DNA from: Lingula anatina | Taxonomy: Eukaryota; Animalia; Brachiopoda | NCBI GenBank assembly: GCA_051362555.1 | Contig: CM120640.1 | Location: 620,001-684,000 of the forward strand | DNA: 64,000 bases | Direction of reading: 5' to 3' | Shown here: positions 26,080 through 37,735 of the stretch, piece by piece | Position numbering within the stretch: the first letter of the stretch is position 1 | Layout: the number at the start of each line of letters is the position of its first letter | Translations under genes and position numbers: made by a program | Notes under the pieces: generated by a model | Seen by the model: the letters and a program-made list of their open reading frames with translations, nothing else | The model's database searches: none | What the model was told of the DNA's origin: nothing

Positions 26080-29000
26080 GTCACGTGTGCCTATATGTAT
26101 ATTAGATTTGATCCCCACAATTTAATAGAATATTCTATCAATTCATCTTTAAGGTGGTTATAAAAGACAAATTATAACTAACGGTCTCAACCATCCAATG
26201 GGGTTAACCATGTACGATGACTTTCTGTACTGGACGGACTGGAACACTAAGACCATAGAGAGAGCCAATAAAACCAATGGTTTAAACAGGACAGTCATCA
26301 GAGAGAGGATGGATTTTAAAATCATGGATATTCTTGTGTTTCATGCCTCTAGGCAGTCTGGTGAGTAGTACAGTGATATTTGGTATTAGATCTCATAGCT
26401 GCTTTAGCTTGTCCATGTGTTCATGTAAATCCACTTGGTAAATATAATGGTTTCAGAATGAGTAGACATGCAGCTGTGAAACTAATTGTGGCAAAAATAG
26501 ACAAAATGTATTTTACCTCCCTGCAAGCTGTCAGTGTCCAAAAAAAAAAAGAAAAGAAGTTAATGCCCTTTTCCACTTGTCATTGTGAAGATATAGTGGT
26601 AAAATTGAAAATCTCCCTATTATATTATCAGACGGAAGTCATTTGGCCTGGGTTGTATTCACAGATGTCACAGTTCATGTAAACAGACATGATGTGAACC
26701 TCAGGGGCAGAACCAGAGATATTTTCTGACAGTCTTCCAAATTATCTTTGTTGATACACCCTCCAATTTTAACCGCCTTCCAATACGAAAAATTAGATGC
26801 CTGTCAATGTAAACTTGAAAAATTCTGTCTTTTGGAAGACCTAGAAGATGGCTTCTGCCCACCCCTGTTTCTGATTTTCCCTACATTTTCAACAACAAAA
26901 AAGCGTAAAATTCATATCTATGTCAATGTGTGTATTTCTTCTCTCCAGGCTGGAACCAGTGCGGAGTAAACAATGGTGGCTGTGATCAACTGTGCCTGGC
27001 TCACCCCAAAGAAGACAACTCCCCCTACACCCACCATTGTGCCTGTCCCACCCACTACAGACTGAACTCTGACAACAAGACCTGCAGTCGTATGTATAAA
27101 CAGTTTATATAGCAATACTTACTAATACACCCACCACTGTGCCTTCCCCACCCACTACAGACTGAACTCTGACAACAAGACCTGCAGTCGTATGTATACA
27201 CAGTTTATATAGCAATACTTACTAATACACCCACCACTGTGCCTGTCCCACCCACTACAGACTGAACTCTGACAACAAGACCTGCAGTCGTATGTTTACA
27301 TAGTTTACCTAGCAATACTTAGCTATATGCTGGTGGAAATTCATCTTTGTAGCCTATTGATTATGAACATAAGTTTAAAACTTTTCACTTTCTACAAGAA
27401 ATTGAGAATAGTGCTCTGTCACATAATAACCCACTGCAGAAGGTCAAGGACTGACCCAAAGCTTTGTGAAGCGTAGGTACAATTTCATGCAGAAGGTAAA
27501 AAGTTAAAACTTAAAACTTCAATACTTAAGATGGACAAGTCCTCTTTAAATAAAAATTATTCAGTTCCTGAATGTATCTGCAAAGCAGATTTTTGTTAAC
27601 AATGGTACTAGTCTCTAGTATGGAGCATATACAGCACTTTGGTCAGCATAAAGAATACCTATAACATATAATAAGGTGATAGTAATACCTGTCCTCATCC
27701 CTGTTATTTCCCCTTCAGCCCCAGAATCCTTCCTGCTGTTCAGCACCAGGAACTCCATCAGCCGTATGGTGACTGACTCCAGCGAGGACTCACCTGACAT
27801 CGTGCTGCCTCTTCATGGACTGAGGAATGTGAAAGCCGTCAGCTTCGATCCCGTGGAGCGCGTAATCTACTGGATAGATGGCAGGTCGAAGGCAATAAGA
27901 AGAGCGTACGAGAACGGGAGTAATGTGAGTTTATGGGTGAATTGTGTTTGAACCATTTTTTCATCATTTTTAAGAACAAAAAATTTATCAAAATATCCAT
28001 CTTTCATTTGATATTTTTGATACATAGTTAGCAGGGTTTATGGAAATAATAGGAGGAGAAAGTTTTCTAAAGAAAAATGCAGTGATTTCACAACTTGAAT
28101 TAAATAGTACAAAACTTATTGGTTATTTATGAAAAAGGTATTAGACAATTTAAAGTTCTTAATAAATTACAACTTTGAGAGAAGTAAAAAACCTGGGCCA
28201 GCACTTTTATTTTTAAAAATTCTGACATTCAAGTTTATTTCATTTAAAATGAAATGTGCGAAAAAAGCCTTAATAAATTATTTGAAATAACCAAAAATTC
28301 TATTTGAAATTTCTCAAAATCTTAATTTATAAAGAATTGTTGCGTTTCTTTCCACTCAGGTGGAGACTGTCAGTAATCAAGAGGAGACCAGCTCCCCTTT
28401 TGACCTAGCCATTGACCCGTATACCCACCACATCTACTGGACGTGCAGCCAGAACAACGTGATCCGAGTTACAAGGGTGGACAGGTCAGACGTTGGAGTC
28501 ATCATACAGGGCAATAACGATAAACCCAGAACTATTGTTCTGAATCCAGAGAGAGGGTAATTGGCAATTTGATACTTATTATTGTTTTTCTGGAATGTTA
28601 CTTTTTAATAGGCAGAGTATGTTACTTTGACCTTATCTAATCATGTGAACTCTAGTTTTACTGTTTAAATCAATAAAAGACAGAAGTCCCTCAGTTTTAT
28701 CCAGGAAATCTGTGTATATTATGGTACTCTTGGTGCTCGTATTTTCAGGATGTTTTTTCAAGGTCCACTTTCATCTTCATTTATAAATAATATGAACATC
28801 TTAAAATAGAACTGTAAACATTGTAATCCTGTCTTTGTATTTCTCTATGTAAATATATTATGGTCAACTTGGTTTGCTTTTCACATCATATGAAGTTGGT
28901 AGCAGTGACCATTGGTGTGTGGCATGGGGATTTAACTTAAGTAAAATGATAAAAGTGATCTCTTTTATGTATTTTGCATATATATTTTTACAAAGTGATG

Positions 29001-30678
29001 AAATTTGATGCTGAACCTTTTTATTGTCCACAGTTGGCTGTTCTGGACAAACATGGGGAGTTCTCCAAAGATCGAGCGTGCCAGCATGGACGGGACAAAG
29101 AGGATGATATTATTCAGTAACAACCTGGGTAAACCAGAGGGTCTGGCCATAGACAATAAAGCTGGGCGTTTATACTGGAGTGACACTAAGCTACAGCGCA
29201 TAGAGTGTGCAGAAATTACTGGACTTCAGCGAAGTCGCCGTGTGTTGGTAGAAACTGGAATCAAAGACCCCATCAGTGTGGCGGTGCATGGGAATTATCT
29301 GTACTGGGTGGATAAGGGGCTGGATTTGATAGAAAGAATCAATAAATACTCAGGAGCTGATAGGAAACGCATACAGGGTAGGATTGAAAATTTGTCTGAC
29401 TTAAAATCCGTGGAGAAAATCACGCCAAAGGATTTCAACTTAAATCCGTGTAGTGTAAATAATGGGGGATGCTCCCATATTTGTGTTGCTAGAAAAGATA
29501 GCACATCTGTTTGTAACTGTCCATTGGGCTTAATCTTAGATCCTCAGAAGGATCAGATTTGCACCCCGCCCCCAACATGTGACCCTAATCAGTTCACGTG
29601 TTTGACGGGGAACATTGACTGCGTGCCAAAACCGTGGCAGTGTGACGGGTATGTTGAGTGTCAGGATGGATCTGACGAGAAAGACTGCAACCCGCCAACT
29701 TGTAAGGATGATGAATTTGCGTGCAAGTCTGGTAATAAACAATGTATTCCGCTGGACCAGAAATGTAACGGGAAATCCGATTGTGATGATCATTCTGACG
29801 AGAGAGAAACCTGCTGTGTTGTGGACCAGATTTACTGTGAGAAGGAAAAGAAATGTATCCCTTCTTCTTATAGATGTGATGGGAAAAAAGATTGTAAGGA
29901 TGGAAGTGATGAAAGAAACTGCACCATTCAGGAGTCCCCCATCAAACCCAGTACAGCGCAATACACAGTAGGCATTGTGGTGGGGTTAATTGCAGTCATG
30001 CTGGTCCTGGTGATCATCGTGATTGCCTGCAAGAGAAAATCAAGTCAGACAGTCACTGAAGACACCAGTAGAGACATCATTTTTGTTGCAAAAACTCAAA
30101 CGCCCACAATTGGGCAGAGCACACCACCAAATACGTTAAGTTCAAGGGGTAAATCTGGAACTACCTGTTTATCAGTGACTACAGACGCCTCCAGAAATAG
30201 CGGGGGCCCTCCCTACGACAGGACACCCTTAACGGGGGCCTCGTCCAGTAGCTCTAGTGTGACACACTACCCATTAGAGACACTTAATCCCCCTCCGAGT
30301 CCCGTCACAGACAGGTCTGTGTGTGGGGTGGGCGGGTACTCTGTGTGTTCAGGCTCTAACAGTCCCTCCACAGTACGCTCTTATAGACAATATAACAGGT
30401 TACGGAATATTCCTCCACTGCATACGACGCCATGCAGTACAGATGTGTGTGAGGAGAGCGAGCCGTATCCACCCACATCTAGAAGATATTATCCTTCTTT
30501 GTTATCTTCTGAACTGAACTATGACTCTGACCCGTACCCTCCGCCCCCCACACCAAGGAGCCATTATTTCTCAGACGCTGAGCCGAGTTATCCACCATCA
30601 CCGTCAACAGAACGAAGCTTTTTTGTCAACCCGTACCCTCCTCCTCCTTCACCTACTGAAGCCACCTCTGACTGCTAA
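1917..30678 (+). CDS. LRP6: Low-density lipoprotein receptor-related protein 5/6 (arrow), Wnt co-receptor; complete, 16 coding exons, 1629 aa
   Basis: Exons: 1917-1971, 9116-9521, 13614-14014, 20268-20399, 20689-20889, 21052-21247, 22931-23181, 23788-23928, 24327-24625, 24943-25169, 25585-25769, 26154-26360, 26949-27089, 27719-27924, 28360-28556, 29034-30678. All GT-AG, phases consistent, total 4890 nt. Signal peptide [19 protein letters not shown], four YWTD beta-propeller+EGF units, three LDLa repeats, TM helix ([23 protein letters not shown]) and cytoplasmic PPPSP-type motifs (PPPSPVT, TTPCSTD, PPPTPRS, PPSPSTE, PPPSPTE). Probably the single invertebrate LRP5/6 ortholog. Confidence 0.97.
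6328..6495. mobile_element. Palindromic MITE family 2 (GGC..TTCACAAT ... ATTGTGAA..GCC ends), degenerate copy
   Basis: Terminal inverted motifs plus the internal motif AATCTGATTG(C/T)ATTCAGC, shared with copies at ~11341-11436, 14432-14665, ~16080-16155 and 41731-41977. Confidence 0.6.
11035..11249. mobile_element. PIF/Harbinger-type MITE (~215 bp)
   Basis: Imperfect TIR GAGTGCGTTCCCAGAGATTTAGATCGATC / GATCGATCTAAAATCTGTGGGAATGGGGTC, flanked by TAA on both sides (11032-11034, 11250-11252), the typical Harbinger TWA target duplication. Confidence 0.7.
11341..11436. mobile_element. Half copy of palindromic MITE family 2
   Basis: GTGTTAATCTGATTGCATTCAGCAAGAGTCC...ATTGTGAATTGGCCC matches the right arm of the copies at 6328, 14432 and 41731. 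Confidence 0.55.
12898..13134. repeat. Long imperfect palindrome (foldback/MITE-like) in LRP5/6 intron 2
   Basis: Arms such as AGCAGCTTAGATGTCTGTCACACCTACTGAAGC and GCTTCAATAGGTGTGCCAGACATCTAAGCTGCT are near reverse complements. Pairing extends about 110 bp per arm. Confidence 0.75.
14432..14665. mobile_element. Palindromic MITE family 2, near full-length copy
   Basis: Left arm GGCTGCGTGCACAAT...TCTCGCTGAATGCAAT pairs with right arm ATTGCATTCAGCAAGAG...ATTGTG. Confidence 0.6.
16530..16707. mobile_element. Palindromic MITE (Harbinger-like ends)
   Basis: AGCGTATTCAGAACAG..AACAGATCCGCGGATCAAA pairs with TTTGATCCATGGATCTGTT..CTGTTCTAAATGTGCT. Confidence 0.6.
20384..20535 (+). repeat. 72-bp tandem duplication spanning the LRP5/6 exon 4 donor site
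   Basis: CACAACTGTTCTGATG|GTAAGATTATCT occurs at 20384 and again at 20456. Confidence 0.9.
23687..23843 (+). repeat. Degenerate duplication spanning the LRP5/6 exon 8 acceptor
   Basis: Intronic 23701-23730 (TGGCAGAGGTGGTCAATAGAGAGAATTAAC) matches exonic 23811-23840 at 29/30. 23687-23701 matches 23762-23776 at 14/15. Confidence 0.85.
26015..26076. repeat. Compound microsatellite (TG)n(AG)n
   Basis: Directly visible in LRP5/6 intron 11. Confidence 0.95.
27026..27321 (+). repeat. 100-bp x3 tandem repeat spanning the LRP5/6 exon 13 donor site
   Basis: Units start at 27026, 27126 and 27226. Each holds 64 nt of exon end plus GTATGT and ~36 nt of intron; the units are nearly identical. Confidence 0.95.
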
Positions 30679-32634
30679 CACTGGGATGAAAGGCTGACAT
30701 TTGATACATCGGTTTGTTCTAACTGCTGGATAAACCTTAAAAGGCCAATCTTCTGAAAAAATCACTCATTTTTAAGATGCATTTGGTAGACTATATGGAG
30801 AGAGTGATCAAGAACAAAGTGTTTTCAGTTTAAACCAACATATCATTGTATTTGTTTTTTTTTTCAAGTCACAAAACCAGGAAATTTGTTTTGTGTTCGT
30901 CTTGGAACAGAAGGCACTGTTTCAATGACAGATTTATATTTTTAACAAACATTAATTTTTTTTGAAAAAGTCTTTGATAAACAAAGGCATTCACAGTTGT
31001 GAAATTACAATGTTGTTCAGTTTTTTGTAATATTTTTGGTCACACCACTCGAAAATCGAGGACATTTTGTTTTAAAATGTGAAAATTGTGCCTTTCAATA
31101 CTGCTGACATTTTATATCAGTGTTAATAAGTTTTCTTATCAGAATCTATTTTATGGATCATGTGAACAATTCCTGCTGTACTCTTGTGCCTTGCTGCTTG
31201 CAGAATGTCCACCTTTTATCTATTTTAGATAACAACACAAGCTGGGTTGTGTTTTGGAGAGTTTACTGGTCAGTTTCTATAATGTTCAACTGTATTCATA
31301 GTGTAAATAGTGTGAAATGTAACATATTGAACTTGTACAGGCTAGTAGGGATTGGTGCACATATCATTACCATGGCAACACTCCATGGCAACAGCCCATG
31401 GCAACACTGCAGGAATGGGCAGTTAAGAGTTGTACCCTGTAGAGAAGAAATCTATTTATATACTTGTTTAACAGTATTTATGAACCTGTACATTTTTATA
31501 GCATCATCTGTAAATAGAAATATCCATGTTACATTATAAGGTCAACAGCATTGAAATCTCCTATAGTTAGTGTAATAATTATATAAGCAAGCTGGGTATG
31601 TATATTTATAGAATTTGTGACCGAGGTCTTTGTTTATTCTGTATCGTTCCATTTGAAATGAGAGCTATTTGTTCAAGGATTATTTCATTTGGTCGTGTCA
31701 CAAATGGGGATACTTTTGTATTCCTACGATGAAAATCTTCTGTTCAGTCAAAGACTATGAAATGACAGGAAAGTGATTGGAGTTCGTTTAATTAAAATTT
31801 TAATTTGTTCATGTAATGATCATGGCTGGACAGATTGTGCAGTTGATAATTTTAATTCCTGTTTTTACTGTTATAGCAGAGGAGGGTAGCTACATGGCGT
31901 TCTACCTTACACTTTCTTTTTAACATGGCAAATTCAAGGCTGTTTACCATTTAACATTTGCCTAAAAGGTTTGTCATTTAGTTTCTTATAATGACCTTTT
32001 GGTTTGGTTGATAATGCCGTTGTTGCCACCGAGTCAGTATTATATAAACTGTGCAAAGTAAATGAGCAGTGACTGCTCTGCCAAGTCTATTATTTACCCA
32101 TCACGGTGGCCAGGAATCTTAGTTTAGTTGAGCAAGACGCAATGTCTGTAGTTGTGAACCAAAGATGCCCAAGTAAGTGTATACCCATCGTACTGTTTTC
32201 CCTGCCTTGTTATAGATCATTCAACGTTAGATATCAGATATCCATATGTGATTTTCTAGGTCTCTTTCCTCCACCCCTCTCCGTTAAAATTTGCATAACC
32301 ACTCCCCATCAATTGTTTAACCAAGCCGGTAAACAGTGCAGTTTTAGTTGATTAATTTTTAGACTTTTTTTTATCTTTAATGGATTGAAGCCAGGAAGCC
32401 AGTTTAAGGGCATCATTTTAAGTTTTCAAAGTAAAATGTATCTTTGGATTTTAGGATGATTTCAGGCAGAAGGCGTCTGCATATAGAGATTTTTTTTAGT
32501 TTTATTGTTCGAGTTTTCAGAAAGAGATGTTTCTTGGTGTTTTGAAATACAGGGAATTTTGTGTTCATGTTTGTTATGTATCGTTTACCTGTGCCATGTC
32601 TACGTATTCTTGTACAGAGATCTAAAACTGTATA

Positions 32635-32640
32635 AATAAA
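32635..32640 (+). terminator. Candidate polyadenylation signal of LRP5/6 (3' UTR ~1.96 kb)
   Basis: AATAAA followed ~20 nt later by a GT/T-rich tract (GTGTGTTTTC). The U-rich UTR-like composition ends here. Confidence 0.55.
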
Positions 32641-33206
32641 TCATACAAATTAACCAAGTGTGTTTTCATATTCCTCACAAATGGGTGCTGGTTGCCAGTG
32701 ACGGTCACACGTCCCCTTTTACCAAGGACGCAGTTAAATTACGTGGACTTTCAGGCCCGCTGCCAGCAATTTTAAAAGGGGAGGGGATCTTTAAATATCC
32801 GAAAGCCGAAAGAGTGGATCGGTAGAACGACCATTCTAAAACTTCCAATAACAACGTCTGTGGGACGAGTTGTGACATAAAGTGTACGGGGGGGGGGGGG
32901 GGGGGGGGGGGGGGCGTTAACAAATTAGAGGAATTATGACAGGGGAGTGATTTCACCACAAAGACTTAAAGCTTATAATTGTAAAAATGTTTTTTAAAAA
33001 AATAGCAGATTAAATAAATTTTGATAAAATTTTTACCATTACAATTAAAAATAAGGGTGAAATAAAACACTTAAATTCAAAACGATCACTTACTGCATAC
33101 CTTAAAGGATCTAGTTTTTAAAACAAACTGGTTGTTGAAGTGTTGAATGGATAAAGCTACAAAAGAAGTGTGACAGTCTGCAGCAGTGTAGAATGGACAT
33201 TACTAA

Positions 33207-33994
33207 AGCCTGGGTCCCAATTCCACGTACGGTTTTCTGGACGTACGCTTTTCTTCTCGTAGCTAGATAACAGGGAAAGAATCAAGTAATTGGTGACTGC
33301 AATGAGTGTGCAAGAAGAAAGTACGTGAGAAGCACAGCCTCCGCACGGCAGAAGTACCTCCTGAGCCTGACGGTTTTTCGCTGGTGTCCCGCGCGCCCCG
33401 TGCACTACGTGCACTACGTACGTTATGCGCACAAGGAGTACGGGCAACACAAGGGCAACGCAAGTGGACGAAGGGCAGTCTCGCTGACTTCCTACGGTTG
33501 TTGCTCGTCCTTTGCACGCGAGTCTTGCGTGTTAAGATGTTTTTTTTGGGAGGGTATAAAAACAGTGCATGTTTGAAGAGATCATTAAATCCGCAGCAGT
33601 GTTCAAAGATGGTGAGCCCAATCATACCTGGCTTCTTCCTGATCCCCTTCTCCATCTTGCTCTTTGTTGTCTTTTTAGGCATTTTTAAAACTTGACATCA
33701 AAGGCAGAAATAATGCTTTTTCGTTCATGCCCATCCTTTTAAACTCACGGTCCGTGCGCATGGAGCGACCACTACTTACTCAACATGCACGAAGCCCGTG
33801 AGGTCCACACGGAAGGCGCGTGGAAGTGCGGAGTGAGCACGTAATGAGCAAGAAGTAGGTTCGTGTTTCAAGCGCCTTAACCACGTGCATCGCACGCACC
33901 GAAGCCCCCCCAAGTGCAGTAGGAAAAAAAGAATTTCCTAACGTGTCCCGTATGACAGGCGCACGACAGGCGAACGCTACATGTTCGCATGTCG

Positions 33995-34031
<37 letters not shown>

Positions 34032-34212
34032 AGAATTAATAGACAGCACGCAGCGGCTGTTGATCATGTCGAAAACTTTCTACGTGCTGTCTGCGACCTC
34101 CAAAAGTTGCACGATAGGCGTGCCACTCCCGCACGAAATCCCACGTTTTCCCCCCAATGTTTTGGTCATAGATCAGACGTAGAAGCCTGTACGTTGGGTT
34201 GAGACCCAGGCT
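33207..34212. mobile_element. PIF/Harbinger-type non-autonomous DNA transposon (1006 bp)
   Basis: TIR AGCCTGGGTCCCAATTCCACGTAC / GTACGTTGGGTTGAGACCCAGGCT, TAA target duplication at 33204-33206 and 34213-34215, CpG-rich subterminal ACGT/GCACG motifs. No transposase ORF. Confidence 0.85.
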
Positions 34213-35788
34213 TAACGTACGTAATGGGCGTGTCCGGTATAAACTGTTTTATAAACACTTATGGGTTTAAAGGTACATTTGAACCTAGCGTCGGTGGAGC
34301 GTGGATTCCCAGTAACACATAAACCACTTCTACCAGTTTCCTATACGACTCAAATAAATTCTATATGCCAAGGGATAAACTGAATAAATCACTCGATCAG
34401 CCATAAAAGAGCTTTAGACTGCTCCTTTCTTTAAAATTCTGGAGAAAAACCTGATTATCTGACCTACTTTTCTGCCTCATATTTATATAAAGCATAGAAA
34501 GCTACCCGAAAGATCCGTTCAAATATCATTTTTCGGGTAATATTAAACAATGTCTTTCAGTTATTCTCTTAGTTATACTATTTGACTAATGGCATTTGGT
34601 TGGCTTTTGTGACAATAAATTGACTTCATAAGCATCTATAAATGGTGTGACCTTACATTTGACAGAGCTGTCAACTTGTGGATCTGTTAATTATATTGGT
34701 GTTCATTTTCAGGACCAAGCACAAAAAACCTTTCAAAGAATAAACATGTTGCTTTACATTTCTCCCACTTTAACTTTTGGATCATAAATGTTCATAATTG
34801 TAATGTCTTTATAGGTTTACACGCAGTCTTTGTAATGAACGGAGTTGACACAAACATGCAAAATTGAGTCAACGCTTTAAGTAACCATATATGGTATTTA
34901 TTTATCCCTTGGTATTTTTATTGACAGATATACAGAAACAAACATGAAAGGAATTTTACCAAGTAATAACGGTTGAAAAAAAATTGGCTCTCGTTCATTT
35001 TACTCACTTATGCTAAATTATTGGCAAAGACTATAATTTCATTTATAGTGCAATATATTTCGGGAGTCTCCCTCGCTTAACGTCTTTATTGACCCCGCCT
35101 TCAATAATGGCCAACCTCGCTCAAGTATACATCTCATAGTCTAGTGGGATTTCCACAAAATATGAATAGTAGGGGCATTTTTGGGTAAAAGTTGGGAACC
35201 AGGCTTAGTAGCATAATTTTGGGATGCTGAATCCGATTAACCCGGTTCCCAAGCGAAATTTTGCGTTTTTAACGGTCTAATTTGCAATAAAACAAAATGG
35301 CTGCCAGATTTCCAAGTTTCTGAAATATCTCTGGAACTAGACAGGCGAATATGACAAATGAAGTGTCTTTACCTATATTTTCAGGGTCGAGGAACATTAT
35401 TAAGATATTTCTGTTAGAATTAGATTTACATAATTTTCCTAAATAAGCAAATTAGGATCGCCATTACTGAAAAACCGTTTTACTTCTGTATCTCTGTAAC
35501 TATAGGCAAGCAAACATGACACATGAAGTGTCTACACCTATGTTCTCAGGGTCAGGAAATGTGATAAATCAGATGTCTTGTCTGATGGATAGCACTGACT
35601 TTGTGAATCGTGTCCGAGTAGCACCTTTTATTGTTTCTTCCCTGTATCTGTCTAACACAAGTCAATCTGCTGATACTTAGAACCTGCCTTCAGAACTGTG
35701 CTCTTACGTATGTGTCAGCCAAACTACCAAAGGTCACTGCATTATCAGGCTTTCCCAGGCTTGCCCATCAGTTATAAGGCAAGGTGAG

Positions 35789-36084
35789 CAGAGGCGGATC
35801 CAGGATTATATGTAGAGGGGGGGGGGGGGGGGGGGGAGCCTGCGGATGCAAAACCGCCCCCCCCCCCCCCCCCCACACACACACATACACTTGGCATGGG
35901 CTAGGGGCCTGTTGAAGGGTCCCGAAAATGTTGGTATTTAAGAGGGCGAACGGTGCCATTTGGTATGGTAAAAAACTATGATTCAGCTAGTCAAAATTTT
36001 ATTTTCAAGAGGGGGACCAGAAATCGAAGAGGGGGGGGGGGGGTCAGGACCCCCTGACCTCCCCCCCTTCTAAATCCGACACTG
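35789..36084 (+). mobile_element. MITE family 1 copy nested inside the long-TIR element
   Basis: CAGAGGCGGATCCAGG ... TAAATCCGACACTG ends; internal match to 691-938. Confidence 0.7.
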
Positions 36085-36746
36085 GGTTAGGAGCCATTCA
36101 GTTTAATTTCATCAGGGTAGACTTCGTCTTCTGTTAACCTTTTTGTTAATACAGATTTGGTCTCAACGAAATCGTTCAGAAGCTTGAGAAACTGCTCAGA
36201 CTTCAAACGTGCTATTAACGCAGGAATAATTTCCGGATTGTCAATCATTTAATTGGATTCAATAGAACATCAGAAGATGGATTCAATAGAACATCAGAAG
36301 CTAAAATTCAAGAAATGTTGTTTATTTAAATGAAACGATAGCAATAGGTAACCAGTAATAGGCTTATGGAAAAATCGCTAAATTGAATGAGGTGAGATGT
36401 CATCGTGTACTTGAAGTATACATGCACATACAGATTTGCATTTAATATGGAATATTTTAGTTCAAAAGCAAAGTGTTGATAATAAATTAACTTTTTAGAA
36501 AAGTTGATCACATACGACAATTGTGATCAGGTATATGTGTAGCCAGGTGTGTTGGTTATTGTTCATTAGGCTGCTTTCTCTGAAGCGCGGTTATATTGCG
36601 TAATATGAGGCAGTTTCTCTGTGCAGTCCTCTTTGGCTGGTTACAGATTGGGTATAAAAGGGCAGCAGTTCTGCAGAATAAGTCTCCATATTTCGGCAAC
36701 GCCCAGTCAGAAGAGTTTGATATTTTGCAGACTCTTAGCTGACTTT

Positions 36747-37735
36747 ATGGTACGTGAACTAACGGCAGTAACTTGCCACACTATTGTTGCATTATGCCAG
36801 CATGGACAGAAGCAAACTGCTATTGCCAGACAGCTGAAAGTGTCCCAAGTAGCAGTTTCTAACGTCTTACAAAACACGTCCAGACTGGTACATCAACACA
36901 GGGACCACAGCCAGGACGTCCTAAAGTCACTACCAGAAGGGAAGGCCACTTGCTTCTGCGGTTATGTTCCAACAACCGGACAAAGACAACTCTTGCTCTA
37001 CAAAATGAGTGGCAAATTACCATTCAAAAGCGTGTTTCTAGAATCCTAGTGAATGCAAATCTACTTTTTGCTGGTTACCTCTATGAACAGAGCAACATGG
37101 TGGGCTAGACGCCTTTTGCGGTTCTAGCCACAGCACTGGGTTCATGTAGATTTTTACAGACGAGCTAGGGTTTGAGATCCACCACCGCAATGGCTGAATC
37201 AGAGCCGTAGGCTTCCAGACGAGGTATTGCACGTGGCTTGTGTCACCCTACAGTGACTTGTGGCCGTGGCAGTATCTGTGTTTCCGCGCTGGAGCCAATA
37301 CACTATTGGTGTCAATTGATGGAAACCTCAACCAGATGAAATACAGTGACATTTTAGAGAATACTTGGTTGCCATTTGCAAGAAGGTACTTCCAGGACAA
37401 CTTCATCCTGCAAGATAACAATGCCAGTCCACACTGTGCCCATGCAATAACTGCTTTTCTGCAAAACCAAGAGGTAAACCAGTTGCCTTGGCCGACAAAA
37501 TTTCCCTGCCATGAATTCAATAGAAAACCTGCGGGCAGAAATCGCTAGCAGTATCAAGAGCTTACCGGTCCAGCCTACAAATCGGTACAAGCTTAGACGA
37601 GTTCTGACTAATGCGTGGAACACAATAGCGGATCAATCTCTAAGAAACCTCTCTGCAGGAATGCCTCGTAGAGTGAGGGCCCTGGTTGCAGCCAGAAGAG
37701 GCTGCACGCGTTGTTATCTGTTTCCATTTTTTTAA
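36747..37735 (+). pseudogene. Decayed Tc1-family (DD34E) transposase
   Basis: N-terminal HTH (QTAIARQLKVSQVAVSNVL), then after a frameshift GRPKVTT. FTDE near 37154-37165, LQDNNASPH, WPTK/../MNSIENL (SPDLNPIE-like) and C-terminal MPRRVRALVAARRGCTR. Several frameshifts, stops and internal deletions. Confidence 0.85.

Noticed and set aside
29295-29971. Antisense and alternative-frame ORFs over the LRP5/6 terminal exon (similarly over the GAL3ST exons and the 52367-52738 ORF)
   Set aside because: Shadow ORFs of real coding sequence with no independent motifs or splice signals.
32887-32914. Long poly-G/poly-C runs (also ~3591-3612 and 35816-35874) as G-quadruplex elements
   Set aside because: Homopolymer runs are common throughout this sequence, often within MITEs, and their length is unreliable in assemblies.
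33157-34202. Several overlapping 73-139 aa ORFs inside the 1-kb Harbinger-type element
   Set aside because: No DDE or Myb/SANT motifs; explained by locally high GC and a poly-T run.
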